A stretch of DNA of 63,798 nt, the filler included, from Octopus bimaculoides (lineage: Eukaryota): NCBI RefSeq assembly GCF_001194135.2. It is 5 parts of 5 records of this genome, joined end to end, with 100 filler letters (N's around TTAATTAATTAA, not from the genome) between each part and the next. Parts side by side here need not be neighbours in the genome. Positions count along the whole stretch, not along the records: positions 1 to 30,978 come from NC_069007.1; 4 more parts are not named here. One strand, given 5' to 3'. Positions 10,941 through 22,797 of this stretch are shown piece after piece. Numbering within the stretch: position 1 is the stretch's first letter; each line of letters begins with the position of its first letter. The notes below the pieces were generated by a model. The model saw only the letters and a list, made by a program, of their open reading frames with translations. It did not search any database and was not told where the DNA came from. The translations under genes and the position numbers were made by a program.

Positions 10941-11755
10941 TCTGTGTTGTATTACATGAAGATATTTCTCTACTTCCCTTCCCCAAGCTTTCAGTCATAC
11001 TGGAACATCTATCCTTCACTCGCCCTAGGGCACTGGGTATGTCTCGGCAAGTGACTGTAAGAAACATGCAGATTAAAAGTAAAAGAGAAGAAGAATACAG
11101 TACCAGACACTGGCGCTCATGGCTTCTGATTTTAATATATATATNNNNNNNNNNNNNNNNNNNNNNNNNNNNNNNNNNNNNNNNNNNNNNNNNNNNNNNN
11201 NNNNNNNNNNNNNNNNNNNNNNNNNNNNNNNNNNNNNNNNNNNNGCAGTGGGACTGAACCCGGAACCATGTGGTTGGTAAGCAAGCTACTTAATTAATCA
11301 AAGGCCATACGAAGTATGTCTACCTGCTGGAAATAACAGTCTATATACACTGAGGTTTTTATGAAGCAGAGTGGAGGCTGATATTAACCAAATGAGTTGT
11401 GTGTAGTTGGTGGTGCTCACAGAAAATGTGACATGTGAAAGAATGCAATGTTGCTTCTATGCTGTCAAATCAACAACTAGTTTCTAACTGCCACTTTGCT
11501 GCTGTAGTGAGTTCCTCTATTTAAGGCAGATCACTGCCGCTTTATTCATATACCTCCAGCTCTGATTGGCTGAAATCATCCACAGCATAAATGAAGTATG
11601 ACACAGAAACAAGATAGATCTTTCCTGTCTTGCTACAGACAGACAAACACAGAAAAATACAGATGTAGAGAGATAGAAGATAGGCCAACAGAAAGAGGAA
11701 CATGCATATGCAGATAGATGTACAGAGAGGAAATGAGTGTTGTGTGAATACTTAC

Positions 11756-11896
11756 ATTGTTTGGTGAAGCAACGTAAATGAAGGCTTTCATAACACACAG
11801 TCGATGGAAGATAAATTCAACATCAGTCATCTTTTTAGACATGGCATCCTTGATGAAACAGTTCAGTTCTTCCCAGTTGTTTAGGGTACACCTGAT
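11756..11896 (-). CDS. SNAPC1: snRNA-activating protein complex subunit 1 (SNAP43), exon 3
   Basis: ttccacag acceptor, gtaagt donor, 141 nt, phase 0/0. IRCTLNNWEELNCFIKDAMSKKMTDVEFIFHRLCVMKAFIYVASPNN resembles the IRVALKDWDEV...AAYIFRKLRLDRAFHFTAMP segment of vertebrate SNAPC1 (recalled, not searched). Confidence 0.85.
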
Positions 11897-12588
11897 CTGT
11901 GGAAATATACAGTTGAACATTACACTAACAGGCATCTCTAATAGTGCATGCTTTTATAACGAACATACCCCCATCTGGGTACACCTGATCTGGAGGAATA
12001 GACAGTTGAACATTACACTAGTATTTTGTATAGGGCATCATCATCAACATTCTACATCCGTTGTCCATGCTGGCATGGGTTGGATGGTTTGATTCGGCTT
12101 GCATGATTTGTAGAGAATATACAACTTAATATTGGTTTCAAATGTTGGCACAAGGCCAGCAAATTTGGAGGAGGGGTTAAGTCAATTGCCTTGTCCCAAA
12201 TGTTCAACTGGTACTCAATTTATCAACTGTGAAAGGATGAAAGACAAAGTGAACTTTGGCAGAATTTGAACTCAGGACGCAAAGATAGGCATTTTGTCTG
12301 GCATGCTAATAATTCTGCCAGCTCACCACCTTAATACAGCTTAGCATTACACTTGCTAGTATCTCTCATAGGTTTATCCAGACATTGGGCTCTGGTTCAG
12401 AAGATACAGGGGTTTTGAGGAGTGTGGAACTGCCCCTCCCAGCCACTATTGTTCCCAGCTCTACTGGAGATGTAGCCCCTATCAGGATCCCAGCTATGGG
12501 TTAATTAGCATGTTGAGTAATTGCCTCTGGAGGAAGGTCTCTTACAGACACTCCAAGGGACTCAGAGCAGATGAGGCCCTTCAGCTCT

Positions 12589-12810
12589 TTAACCCTTTAG
12601 CAATCAGATTACTTAGTCAAATGTAATGCTTATTTATTCATACCATTTTGAATTACTCATGCTTTATCTCATAGCTTCAAGATTTCAATAATGTGATGAT
12701 TTTAAGAATGATATTGTAGGGCAGGTGAGAGAGGCCAAATCTGACCAGTTTGAACATAAAGCTGGTAGAATATTTGGGCCAGATATGGCCCTTAAATGCT
12801 AAACAGTTAA
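12589..12810. mobile_element. piggyBac-type MITE in SNAPC1 intron 2
   Basis: TTAA-CCCTTTAGCA ... TGCTAAACAG-TTAA: TTAA at both ends with imperfect terminal inverted repeats. Confidence 0.7.
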
Positions 12811-12856
12811 ACCATTTCAAAAGTGAGAAATTAGATAGAAATTTGAAATCACTTAC

Positions 12857-12985
12857 CCTGACTTTAGGCACAAAGAATTGAGTTGAGTACAAGCCATAGA
12901 GCAGGAAAAAGGCACCAGTTTTTACCTCAAAATTGTACGGAGCACGGAAGTAATTCAGTGTGATCCATAGACATTCTTCTATCAA
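12857..12985 (-). CDS. SNAPC1: SNAPC1 exon 2
   Basis: Long T-tract plus tgcag acceptor, gtaagt donor, 129 nt. LIEECLWITLNYFRAPYNFEVKTGAFFLLYGLYSTQFFVPKVR matches the hallmark YFLPPYTFQIRVGALYLLYGLYNTQ. Confidence 0.92.
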
Positions 12986-13814
12986 CTGCACAGAAAAAGG
13001 AAAAAAAATAGAAAAAAAAAATGCTTGGATATTTTCTTTTCCCTTTTCATCATTTTCCCTATTATTTTCTTTTTGCTATTGTAATTTCTATGGCATTGAG
13101 AAATTGTCTGGAACTATTATCTCTAGCATTTTCTCAGGTTTTTGAATTCTATATTGTTTTGATTGGTCCATTTGCTGGCTATCATTAGGGATTGTATTTC
13201 TACAAACGTGTGTGTGTGTATGTGCATGTAACTGTTTTATATCTATCTGTCTGTCTGTCTGTCTATCTATCTACTTATGCCTTTTCATCGTTATCCCCAT
13301 TTTAATTTTTTTTTTTTACTTTATTTTTGTCCCCATCGAAAAGGAAAAACTCTACATTGTATTTGTCTCATCTATGTTGAGCCCTGTGTGGCTAATAAAA
13401 GAAATCTATCTACTTATCTATCTATCTCCGTATCTATCTATCTATCTATCTATCTACGTATCTATCTATCTACTTATCTATCTATCTATCTAGCTATCTA
13501 CTTGTCTGTCTGTTTGTACCACAATTTCATACCAGAGGTTCTCCCATGGTAAATAATACAGGATTCTGTGTTTGAACACAACATCCAAGTTGGAGATAAA
13601 TATCATCTGGTATTAATACTGCTTCTGTATTTACTATTTTTAATATGTATGTATGTGAGTGTGTGTATTCATTCATGGTTACCAAGACCACAAGAGGAAA
13701 AAAAGGAAATTGAAAAACTTCATTTTATTTTGTATAAAACAAAGAGAATCAAAATAATGTCTAAGGAATAAAATATATAGGATCTTCAAATTTGAGAAAA
13801 AATTCTCTCCTCTT

Positions 13815-14033
13815 TTACTCTTTTACTTGTTTCAGTCATTTGACTGCAGCCATGCTGGAGCACTGCCTTTAGTCGAGCAAATTGACCCCAGGACTTATTC
13901 TTTTGTAAGCCTAGTACTTATTCTATTGGCCTCTTTTGCCGAACCACTAAGTTATGGGGACGTAAACACACCAGCATCGGTTGTCAAGCGATGTTGGGGG
14001 CACAAACAAAGACACCCAAACATACACACCCAC

Positions 14034-14074
<41 letters not shown>

Positions 14075-14240
14075 TACGACGGGCATCTTTCAGTTTCCGT
14101 CTACCAAATCCACTCACAAGGCTTTGGTCAGTCCGAGGCTATAGTAGAAGACACTTGCCCAAGGTGCCACACAGTGGGACTGAACCCAGAACCATGTGGC
14201 TGGTAAGTAAGCTACTTAGCATACAACCACTCCTATACCT
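13815..14240 (-). mobile_element. tRNA-derived SINE family A, near full length
   Basis: Reverse complement reads from the tRNA-like head through an internal (TA)/(TG) microsatellite to the gtcaaatgactgaaacaagtaaaagagtaaaagag tail. Confidence 0.9.
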
Positions 14241-14639
14241 TTGATGAAATATTTCTCACTAGAGGCAAAAACCTTTCTCTTTCTCTACAATTTTTGTGAC
14301 ATCACATCTGATGATGTAAAATAATAAGGTACATACAATTAGTCCTCAGGTTGACTTGTTGCCTAAACTCCAACCTGAACAGCAACTGAAAGAAAGTAGG
14401 GATGTTACAGATGTCTGATGGCAAGAAACAGCTTATCAACTGAGCAGACATGTGCAGGCCCCTTTGCCAGATTTTGGTACCTGGTAGGTGCTTCAGAATA
14501 TTTTGGGTGGGCACGAATTTGTAATAAAGCTAAAGTAGAGTAAATTGGAGGGCACACTGTTGAATAGTGAGCGGGGGCAGTGCCATACAGTGCACCCCCA
14601 TAGTGATAGACATGTTAGTCAAACTTCAAGAAATGTATA

Positions 14640-15620
14640 CCATAGGCGCACAAGGCCAGCAATTTCGGTGGAGGTGGAGGTAAGTTGATTACATCGACCT
14701 CAGTACTCAACTGGTACTTATTTTATCAACCCTGAAAGAGTGAATGGCAAAGTCAACCTCAGCAGAATTTGAACTCAGAATGTAAAGATTGACAAAATGT
14801 CGCTAATCATTTTTCCCACCACACTAACAATTCTGCCAGCTCACTGCCTTATATAGTAATAATAATAATAATAATCCTTTGTACTAAAGGCACAAGGCCT
14901 GAAATTTTGGGAGAGGGAACTAGTCAATTACATCGACCCCAGTGCATAACTGGTACTTATTTAATCCAGCTACAAGGAATAATAATAATAATAATCCTTT
15001 CTACTATAGGCACTCCCTTATATAGAAATAATAATAATAATCCATTGTACTATAGGCACAAGGCCTGAAATTTGGGGGAAGAGGATAGTCTATTTCATTG
15101 ACCCCAGTGCATAACTGGTACTTATTTAATCCAGCCACAAGGAATTATAATAATAATACTTTCTACTATAGGTACAAAGATTTCCACAATAGGAACTGCT
15201 TTATATAGAATAATAATCCTTTGTACTAAAATCATAAGGTCTGAGCTTTTGAGGGAGGGGGATGATCGATTACATCGGCCCCAGTACTCAACTGGTACTT
15301 TATTTTATCGACCCTGAAAGGATAAAAGGTAAAACCAACCTCAGTGGAATTTGAACTCAGAATTTTTGCTTGGTGTGCTAACGGTTCTGCCAGTTTGCCG
15401 CCTTACATAATAATAATAATAATCTTTTCTACTAAAAGCACAAGGCCTGAAGTTTGGGAGGAAGAGGACAGACAATTTCATTGACCCCAGTACTCAACTG
15501 GTACTTAATTTATTGACCCCAAAAGGATGAAAGGTCAAGTTGACCTCGACCAAATTTGAACTCAGAATGTAGCGACGGGTGAAATATTTCTAAGCATTTG
15601 ATCCAGCCTGCTAATGATTT
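14640..15620 (-). repeat. Head-to-tail array of SINE family B copies and 3' halves
   Basis: About six recurrences of (ATA)n-atcctttYtactaWaggcacaaggcctgaa...accccagtRcWYaactggtactta in SNAPC1 intron 1. Confidence 0.8.
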
Positions 15621-15661
15621 TGTCAGCTCGTTGTCATAATAATAATAATAATAGTCCTTAC

Positions 15662-15835
15662 CAATTTCGCTTCATTCTCTGTCTGACGCCCCATACATAT
15701 CATAGACATTTTCATTTTGCGCCAAACTTTTGCAAATTCCACAAAATTTAAAGGTTTACATTTTGCGAATTTGTTGAACAAAATTTCAAAATCTGCCTGG
15801 ACTCCAACAGCTATATATTTCTTTTTGGTAGCCAT
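15662..15835 (-). CDS. SNAPC1: SNAPC1 exon 1 (coding part)
   Basis: ATG at 15835, gtaagg donor. MATKKKYIAVGVQADFEILFNKFAKCKPLNFVEFAKVWRKMKMSMICMGRQTENEAKL resembles GLQTDCEALLSRF...RFEDFTELWRNMKFGTIFCGR. Confidence 0.9.
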
Positions 15836-16151
15836 AATCTCTGGATTTTGAGCAAGCTCTGTAAATGGTTAGAAAAGCAAAAACATTATTGAAAATAAAA
15901 CCTTATGGTAGTATTATTATGGCGTGCGTGTACACGGGTGTAAAAATAGTATTACTGAAATAAATATTTGGATGTGGTTATCTAAAATAACCTAACACAG
16001 AATTATTATGTTCACACAGAACACACTCTGTACTCTTCGAACGTAGGTAGGATATCAAATCAACACGTTACACTAACTCAGTAACCAATATGGTCGACCA
16101 ACACTGTCAACTGCCCCGGACAGTTCACAGTTCTTTATTTATTGAGATCTG

Positions 16152-16940
16152 GGTCAAACTAAAGGGTTTGACCCGGTGGGAAATAAAAAAAAATAGAATT
16201 TTCTAATAGGTGTAAAACAACTTGCTGCAAACGAATATGAAGAAAAAAACGCACGCTCGCGAACGGGNNNNNNNNNNNNNNNNNNNNNNNNNNNNNNNNN
16301 NNNNNNNNNNNNNNNNNNNNNNNNNNNNNNNNNNNNNNNNNNNNNNNNNNNNNNNNNNNNNNNNNNNNNNNNNNNNNNNNNNNNNNNNNNNNNNNNNNNN
16401 NNNNNNNNNNNNNNNNNNNNNNNNNNNNNNNNNNNNNNNNNNNNNNNNNNNNNNNNNNNNNNNNNNNNNNNNNNNNNNNNNNNNNNNNNNNNNNNNNNNN
16501 NNNNNNNNNNNNNNNNNNNNNNNNNNNNNNNNNNNNNNNNNNNNNNNNNNNNNNNNNNNNNNNNNNNNNNNNNNNNNNNNNNNNNNNNNNNNNNNNNNNN
16601 NNNNNNNNNGGTCAAACACTATAATTCAGAGGCCATGGAATGACGATATGTGACGATGTGAATGTTCCGAGTCCTCTCCCCACCCGCCTTTCGCGGGAGC
16701 GCATTTTTTTTTTCATATTCGTTCAGAGCAAGTCGTTTTACATCTATTACACTATTTTTCTTTTGTTTCTTAGCTCCGGTGAGGCGTCTCGGAACATTCA
16801 AGATGCGAATGTTCCGAGGGCTCTCCCCACTCCCCAGTGCGCGTTTTTTCCTTCATATTCGTTCGCAGCAAGTTGTTTTACACCTATCAGAATATTTTAT
16901 TTTTTTTATTTCCCACCGGGTCAACCCCTTTAGTTTGACC
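16152..16940. mobile_element. Non-autonomous DNA element with about 110-bp terminal inverted repeats
   Basis: ggtcaaactaaagggtttgacccggtgggaaat...gctgcaaacgaatatgaag at the left end is the reverse complement of 16850-16940. Interior partly an N gap. Confidence 0.75.
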
Positions 16941-17064
16941 GCGATTTCTTGCCGCTCACTTTGATTTCATGATCACCAAATGTTCGTCCCTCTGATGGCA
17001 AATGAAAGAATTACTATTATTTTCATCATTATTATAATAATTCTTTTTCAATAACTATCAAAAT

Positions 17065-20000
17065 GCAGAGGGGCTCTGATCAATTAAAATCAATTTGAAG
17101 TTATGACACTGTTGACCATCACAGAAATCTAATTGTTCTAACCATAACCAGCTCCCGTTCCATCTTCAGAAACTGGATTCTTACAATGTACAGCTGTGTC
17201 TGTTTGGTGCTCAAACCGAATGGCTACTCAGCACAATTTTTTTTTAATCACACACTCTGGCAACAATAACACCTCTCGTTTTTTGACTCAATGTTTTGGC
17301 ATTGGGGTGTTTGCTGTAGAGGATGGAACTGCTGAGAGACAGCATAGCTGACCCCGGGACATGAGAGTAGTGTTTGCATTGAGGAACAATGGTCGCTGTT
17401 ATGGGTGTTAAGACACATCGGATACGAAAGTGATTGGCACCATTCTGCGAGAGTAACAGTAAGATGTACTGATTCAGAGAAATGTTTGTATGTTTCAACT
17501 CACATCTGGAGAAGTTTAGTCGATGTAGGAGAGATGGTTCATTTATTTGACAGAGGGTTCAGTTTAGGTCCTTGGGGTCAGGTTCAATCCAGGTCCACAG
17601 GTGGATAAAAGCAGGAAGAAATTGCAAAATGAGTGATCCCTATGATTTAGACATTAGCTGGGTGAAAAATGGGGAGCCTGCAGCTATCTTAATGGCTAAA
17701 TGAGGACTTTTCAAAGATATATAAAATTTGAGAGAAAATCCTTTAACTGGAATATATTTTTGTTGATATAACTTTATTTAAAACTTAACTTTTCATGTAA
17801 TTGTGAATTTTATAAATATCTATTATATTACTTTATTGACACTTCTTTAAAATAATCATAATCGTGTTTATAAAAGAAATCTGAAAAAGAAATTTTTTAA
17901 AAAATTGCAGTGGAGGTGCTTACTTTGAAACTAATACCAAAAAAAAAAAAAGTTCCAGTCTTCTGTTTTGATGACATTACTCTGCAGAAAATATTTTCAA
18001 CTCTTATGCATACCTCATGTAAATATAACATCTACATACAAATTTGGAATACTGAAATGAGCAGATGTGCTTCAAGAGGACACAGATTCGATTTTAGCCT
18101 TATCTACATAATATACGAATATATATGTTTATATATACATGAAAATGTGTGTATAAATATATGTTTTATTGTGTATACATTTATCTCCATATGTGCTGTT
18201 TTTAAATGGGCATAATCATCATACAATCAAGGTGGTTTGTCTCCAATCTTGTGTGAGAAACATGTCTGGTTATGGGGAAATATTTCCTTGCTTGGAAATA
18301 TGGGGGTTGGTGATAGGAAGGGCATCCGCCCGTAGAAAATCTACTTCACACAAGCATGGAAAAGTGTGAAAGGATGATGACATGTACGCACACACACACA
18401 CCTTGAATTTAGTTTTCATGTCTATTCACACCTATGTCAGGAATATTGGTTAATGACTAAAAGTGCACAATTATGAATACAAGCAACTGAAGTTGGGATT
18501 ACTCCAAAAGATCTCTGGAGTAACAGTACTCAGCAGGGTGCATGCTTTCGAGATGAGTGAGTCTCTCCAGATTAAGATACGCGTTTTCCACATTGAGAAG
18601 TCATAGCTCAGGTTCAATAAATTTGTGATTAGGATGTCACAAGAAAGGACTGCAAGAAATGGTAGGAGACTTAGGATAATACCAAAACGAAGTTGGTTGG
18701 ATGATATCCATAGACCAAGTTGGTCATACTTCAGAATCCTGCCAGAATGTCTAATGATGATTGGATTAGATAGGACCCTATAGAGGAGATGATTGTTCCA
18801 GGGGTAGGGACAGAGAGGAATGATGAATAGATGGATCTTGGCATTAGCATTTCTTCTGAAAATGTTTGTTTAGCTAAATCACCACAAGAGAATGATCTCT
18901 CACAAATACTGCACAGATTGTGGTTTCTTATCTGTATGAACGTGTTTGTGTTAATTTCAGAAAAGCTCTATCAGATAATGAAGCACCATAGACATCACAG
19001 GGATATGGTTTCTATCCTGTATGAATGCACTTGTGTCTTGTTAAGAAATTGCTTTGAGAAAATGTCCTACCACAAATATCACAGTGATATGGTTTCTCTC
19101 CTGTATGAGTACGTTTGTGTCTTGTTAAAGCACCACATTCAGCAAACGATTTACCACAGATATCACAGTGATATGGTTTGTCTCCTGTATGAATGCGTTT
19201 GTGTTTAGTCAAATCACTACTTCCAGCAAATGATTTATCACAGCTGTCACAGTGATACGGTTTGTCCCCTGTATGAGTACGTTTGTGTCTAGTTAAAGCA
19301 CCACTTACAGAGAATGATTTACCACAGATATCACAGTGATGGGGTTTCTCTCCTGTATGAATGCGTACATGTCTTGTTAAGGCATCACTTTTTGGGAAGG
19401 ATTTACCACAGACATCACAATGATATGGCTTCTCTCCTGTGTGAATGCGTCTGTGAGTTTTGAGATCACACTTTTGAGAGAAGGACTTTTTACAAATATC
19501 ACAGTCATATAATGACTTTCCTGTTAATTTTGGCATCTCTCAAGAAAAAAATATAAATCCTCTCAGTTTTTCACAAAATTATTTTTCTACGGTTCTTCCT
19601 CTATCACCAGAAAACATGGATATTAAGGGAGTATTTCCTTTTTATACAATCACTGGAGCACAAAGCACTCCTCACAGCCGCAGGTTCATGAGACGGTTGT
19701 AATCTGTAAACAGTTTTGAATGGGAACCAGAAAGAAAAGTATGAACACGCAATGTGCACATGCACACTGAATTCATAAAACGGAAGAGTAGAAGAAAAAA
19801 ATATGCAATGTCAAAAGTTATATGATGGTCTGCACGCTTGTACGACACCACTATCATGTAGTCTTGCTGTCATTTTCTTGTTTTATATATATAATTTTTA
19901 ATCACAAGGAATACGTCTCTGGTGTATTTCCACCAACAGATCTTTGTTTCTATCTGAAGATGCTGTGAACTCCTATGTGTAGATTTATCCAAGGCTAATT

Positions 20001-20365
20001 AGAATATAGAACTTGCACCCATTCCACACAGTGAAGCTGAGAAATATTCCTATTAATCCCAGTTCAGAAGAAATAGTTTACAGTAATTCCTGAAAGATTT
20101 ACATAAAGAAGGTTACATCTTCCTTTAAGCATGATACAATGATAGGAATGGTGTATCAGAAGTTAAGAATTCTCTTCAGTCAATGTCATCTGATGTTCTG
20201 AAATAATAGAGAAACAGAATAAGATAGGGAGGATAGTGAAGAAAATGAGATTCAACAGTGGAAATTTTACTTTATTTCTATATTGACAAATTGTAGATGT
20301 TAACTTTCACATGAACAAATGTACTCAATGTATTTTACTATCTCCAAGATTGTGAGATGTATATA
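17065..20365. repeat. Segmental duplication, copy A (paralogous to 27497-30063)
   Basis: Long colinear near-identical stretches, e.g. gaaatctaattgttctaaccataaccagctcc at 17125 and 27552, and cattcctatcattg/ttctcttcagtcaatgtcatctgatgttctg near 20170 and 29868. Confidence 0.92.
19012..19536 (-). CDS. Tandem C2H2 zinc-finger protein, 6 fingers (ZNF-A)
   Basis: 174-aa ORF MPKLTGKSLYDCDICKK... with six CxxC-x12-HxxxH fingers and TGE/DKP linkers, no effector domain. A conserved upstream acceptor (tattatttcag, exon start 20197) suggests a long terminal exon. Confidence 0.9.
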   Translation of the reverse strand: MPKLTGKSLYDCDICKKSFSQKCDLKTHRRIHTGEKPYHCDVCGKSFPKSDALTRHVRIHTGEKPHHCDICGKSFSVSGALTRHKRTHTGDKPYHCDSCDKSFAGSSDLTKHKRIHTGDKPYHCDICGKSFAECGALTRHKRTHTGEKPYHCDICGRTFSQSNFLTRHKCIHTG

Positions 20366-20379
20366 TAACAATGCAGTGT

Positions 20380-20777
20380 TATATCATCATTTAACGTCCA
20401 TTTTCCATGCTTGGCATGGGCTGGACAGTTTGACTGAGGACTGCACCAGGCTCCAATCTGATTTGCCAGGTTTTCTACAGCTGAATACCCTTCCGAACAC
20501 CAACAACTCCAAGAGTGTAGCAGGTGCTTTTTACGTGCCACCAGCATGGGGGCAAGTCAGGTGGCACTGGCATCGACCCCACTCGAATGGTATTTTTTAT
20601 GTGCCACACACACATATATATATATATCAATTAGAAAATGGAGGATAATATGCTGAACTTGCAGAGTATTACACTTGGTATAACACTAGTGTAACAATAA
20701 TTGGGTACCCTCCCAGCAGTATATTGGATAGATACTATCCCTTAGTGGGTTGAATCCTCAACCCCTAACTCTCTTGC

Positions 20778-20825
<48 letters not shown>

Positions 20826-21676
20826 CTAGCAGTATAGCCCGGCATTGCCCAGGATTAAGCTAGGATTATTAAGTGATCAAGTGCTTTATTTCAAACCAAA
20901 ATAAATAACATCGACATCAGATTTGAGTGAAATCCGTTGAAATTGGTTTGGCAGAAAATGGTTTGCTGGCAATTTGATTGTGAAATCCCATAAGGAATTA
21001 GTTTATTGGTTATTGACTGTTAGCGCTCCACTGGCATGGGTGCCAGTCATCAAATTTGGTTCGATTTCGATTTCACTTGCCTCAACATGTCTTCGCAAGC
21101 AGAGTTTAGTGTCCAATGAAGGAAAGGTTGGCACAGGTACCAGTCGTCAAATTTGGTTCGATTTCGATTTCACTTGCCTCAACATGTCTTCGCAAGCAGA
21201 GTTTAGTGTCCAATGTAGGAAAGGTACACATAAGTGGGCTGGCTACACCCCTGGCAAAGGCCACAGGTTATGGTCTCACTTGGCTTGCCGGATCTTCTCA
21301 TGCACAGCATAAGCATATTTTCAAAGGTCTAGGTCACTAGTCATTGCCTTGGTGAGGCCTAATGTTTGAAGGTCATGCTTCACCACCTCATCCCAGATCT
21401 TCCTGGGTCTACCTCTTCCACAGGTTCCCTCAACTGCTAGGGTGTGGCACTTTTCACACAACTATCCTCATCCATTCTTGCCACATGTCCATACCAGTGC
21501 AATCGTCTCTCTTGCACACCACAACTGATGCTTCTTAGGTCCAACTTTTCTCTCAAGGTACTTACACTCTGTTGAGTATGCACACTGACATTACACATCC
21601 ATCGGAGCATACTGGCTTCATTCCTTGCAAGCTTACGCATGTCCTCAGCAGTCACGGCCCATGTTTCACTGCCATG
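20380..21676 (-). mobile_element. RTE-clade LINE 3' end (same family as 34810-36240), interrupted by (TA)n and other inserts
   Basis: HGSETWAVTAEDMRKLARNEASMLRWMCNVSVHTQQSVSTLREKLDLRSISCGVQERRLHWYGHVARMDEDSCVK, a 3' UTR with an internal tandem repeat of about 95 bp, and a (GAT)n-type tail near 20380. Confidence 0.85.
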
Positions 21677-22179
21677 NNNNNNNNNNNNNNNNNNNNNNNN
21701 NNNNNNNNNNNNNNNNNNNNNNNNNNNNNNNNNNNNNNNNNNNNNNNNNNNNNNNNNNNNNNNNNNNNNNNNNNNNNNNNNNNNNNNNNNNNNNNNNNNN
21801 NNNNNNNNNNNNNNNNNNNNNNNNNNNNNNNNNNNNNNNNNNNNNNNNNNNNNNNNNNNNNNNNNNNNNNNNNNNNNNNNNNNNNNNNNNNNNNNNNNNN
21901 NNNNNNNNNNNNNNNNNNNNNNNNNNNNNNNNNNNNNNNNNNNNNNNNNNNNNNNNNNNNNNNNNNNNNNNNNNNNNNNNNNNNNNNNNNNNNNNNNNNN
22001 NNNNNNNNNNNNNNNNNNNNNNNNNNNNNNNNNNNNNNNNNNNNNNNNNNNNNNNNNNNNNNNNNNNNNNNNNNNNNNNNNNNNNNNNNNNNNNNNNNNN
22101 NNNNNNNNNNNNNNNNNNNNNNNNNNNNNNNNNNNNNNNNNNNNNNNNNNNNNNNNNNNNNNNNNNNNNNNNNNNNNNN

Positions 22180-22440
22180 GATGGAAACTGAAAGAAGCCT
22201 GTCGTATATATGTATATGTATATATATATATATGTGTTTGTGTGTCTGTGTTTGTCCCCACCACCATCGCTTGACAACCGATGCTGGTGTGTTTACGTCC
22301 CAGTAACTTAGCGGTTCGGCAAAAAGAGGCCGATAGAATAAGTACTAGGCTTACAAAGAATAAGTCCTGGGGTCGATTTGCTCGACTAAAGGCGGTGCTC
22401 CAGCATGGCCGCAGTCAAATGACTGAAACAAGTAAAAGAG
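22180..22440 (+). mobile_element. SINE family A, 3' part
   Basis: ggaaactgaaagaagcc...gtcaaatgactgaaacaagtaaaagagta. Confidence 0.85.
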
Positions 22441-22797
22441 TATATATATACATCGTAGAATATATTAATTTTGTGTATGTGTGTGTATATATATATATAT
22501 ATGCATATATAAAGCACTTGTGTATGTATAAACGTAGGTGTGTGTATTGTGCATAAGTAAATAGATAATATCTATCTATGTGTGTGTATCTTTCATCATT
22601 TACTTGTTTCAATTTTTAGACTGCAGCCATGCTGGAGCACTTCCTTGAAGAATTTTAGTTAAACAAATTGATCCCAGCACTCTTTGTATTTTTTTAAAGC
22701 TAGTACATTGGACTCGCAAATTTAGTGGAATTCCAGGTAGGCTAATAGAGTTGGTAAATTTTGTTCATGATACACACACTGAAGTTTGCTGGAAATA

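Noticed and set aside
18831-19208. Plus-strand ORFs opposite the ZNF genes (also 28978-29250)
   Set aside because: Antisense shadows of the periodic zinc-finger codons.
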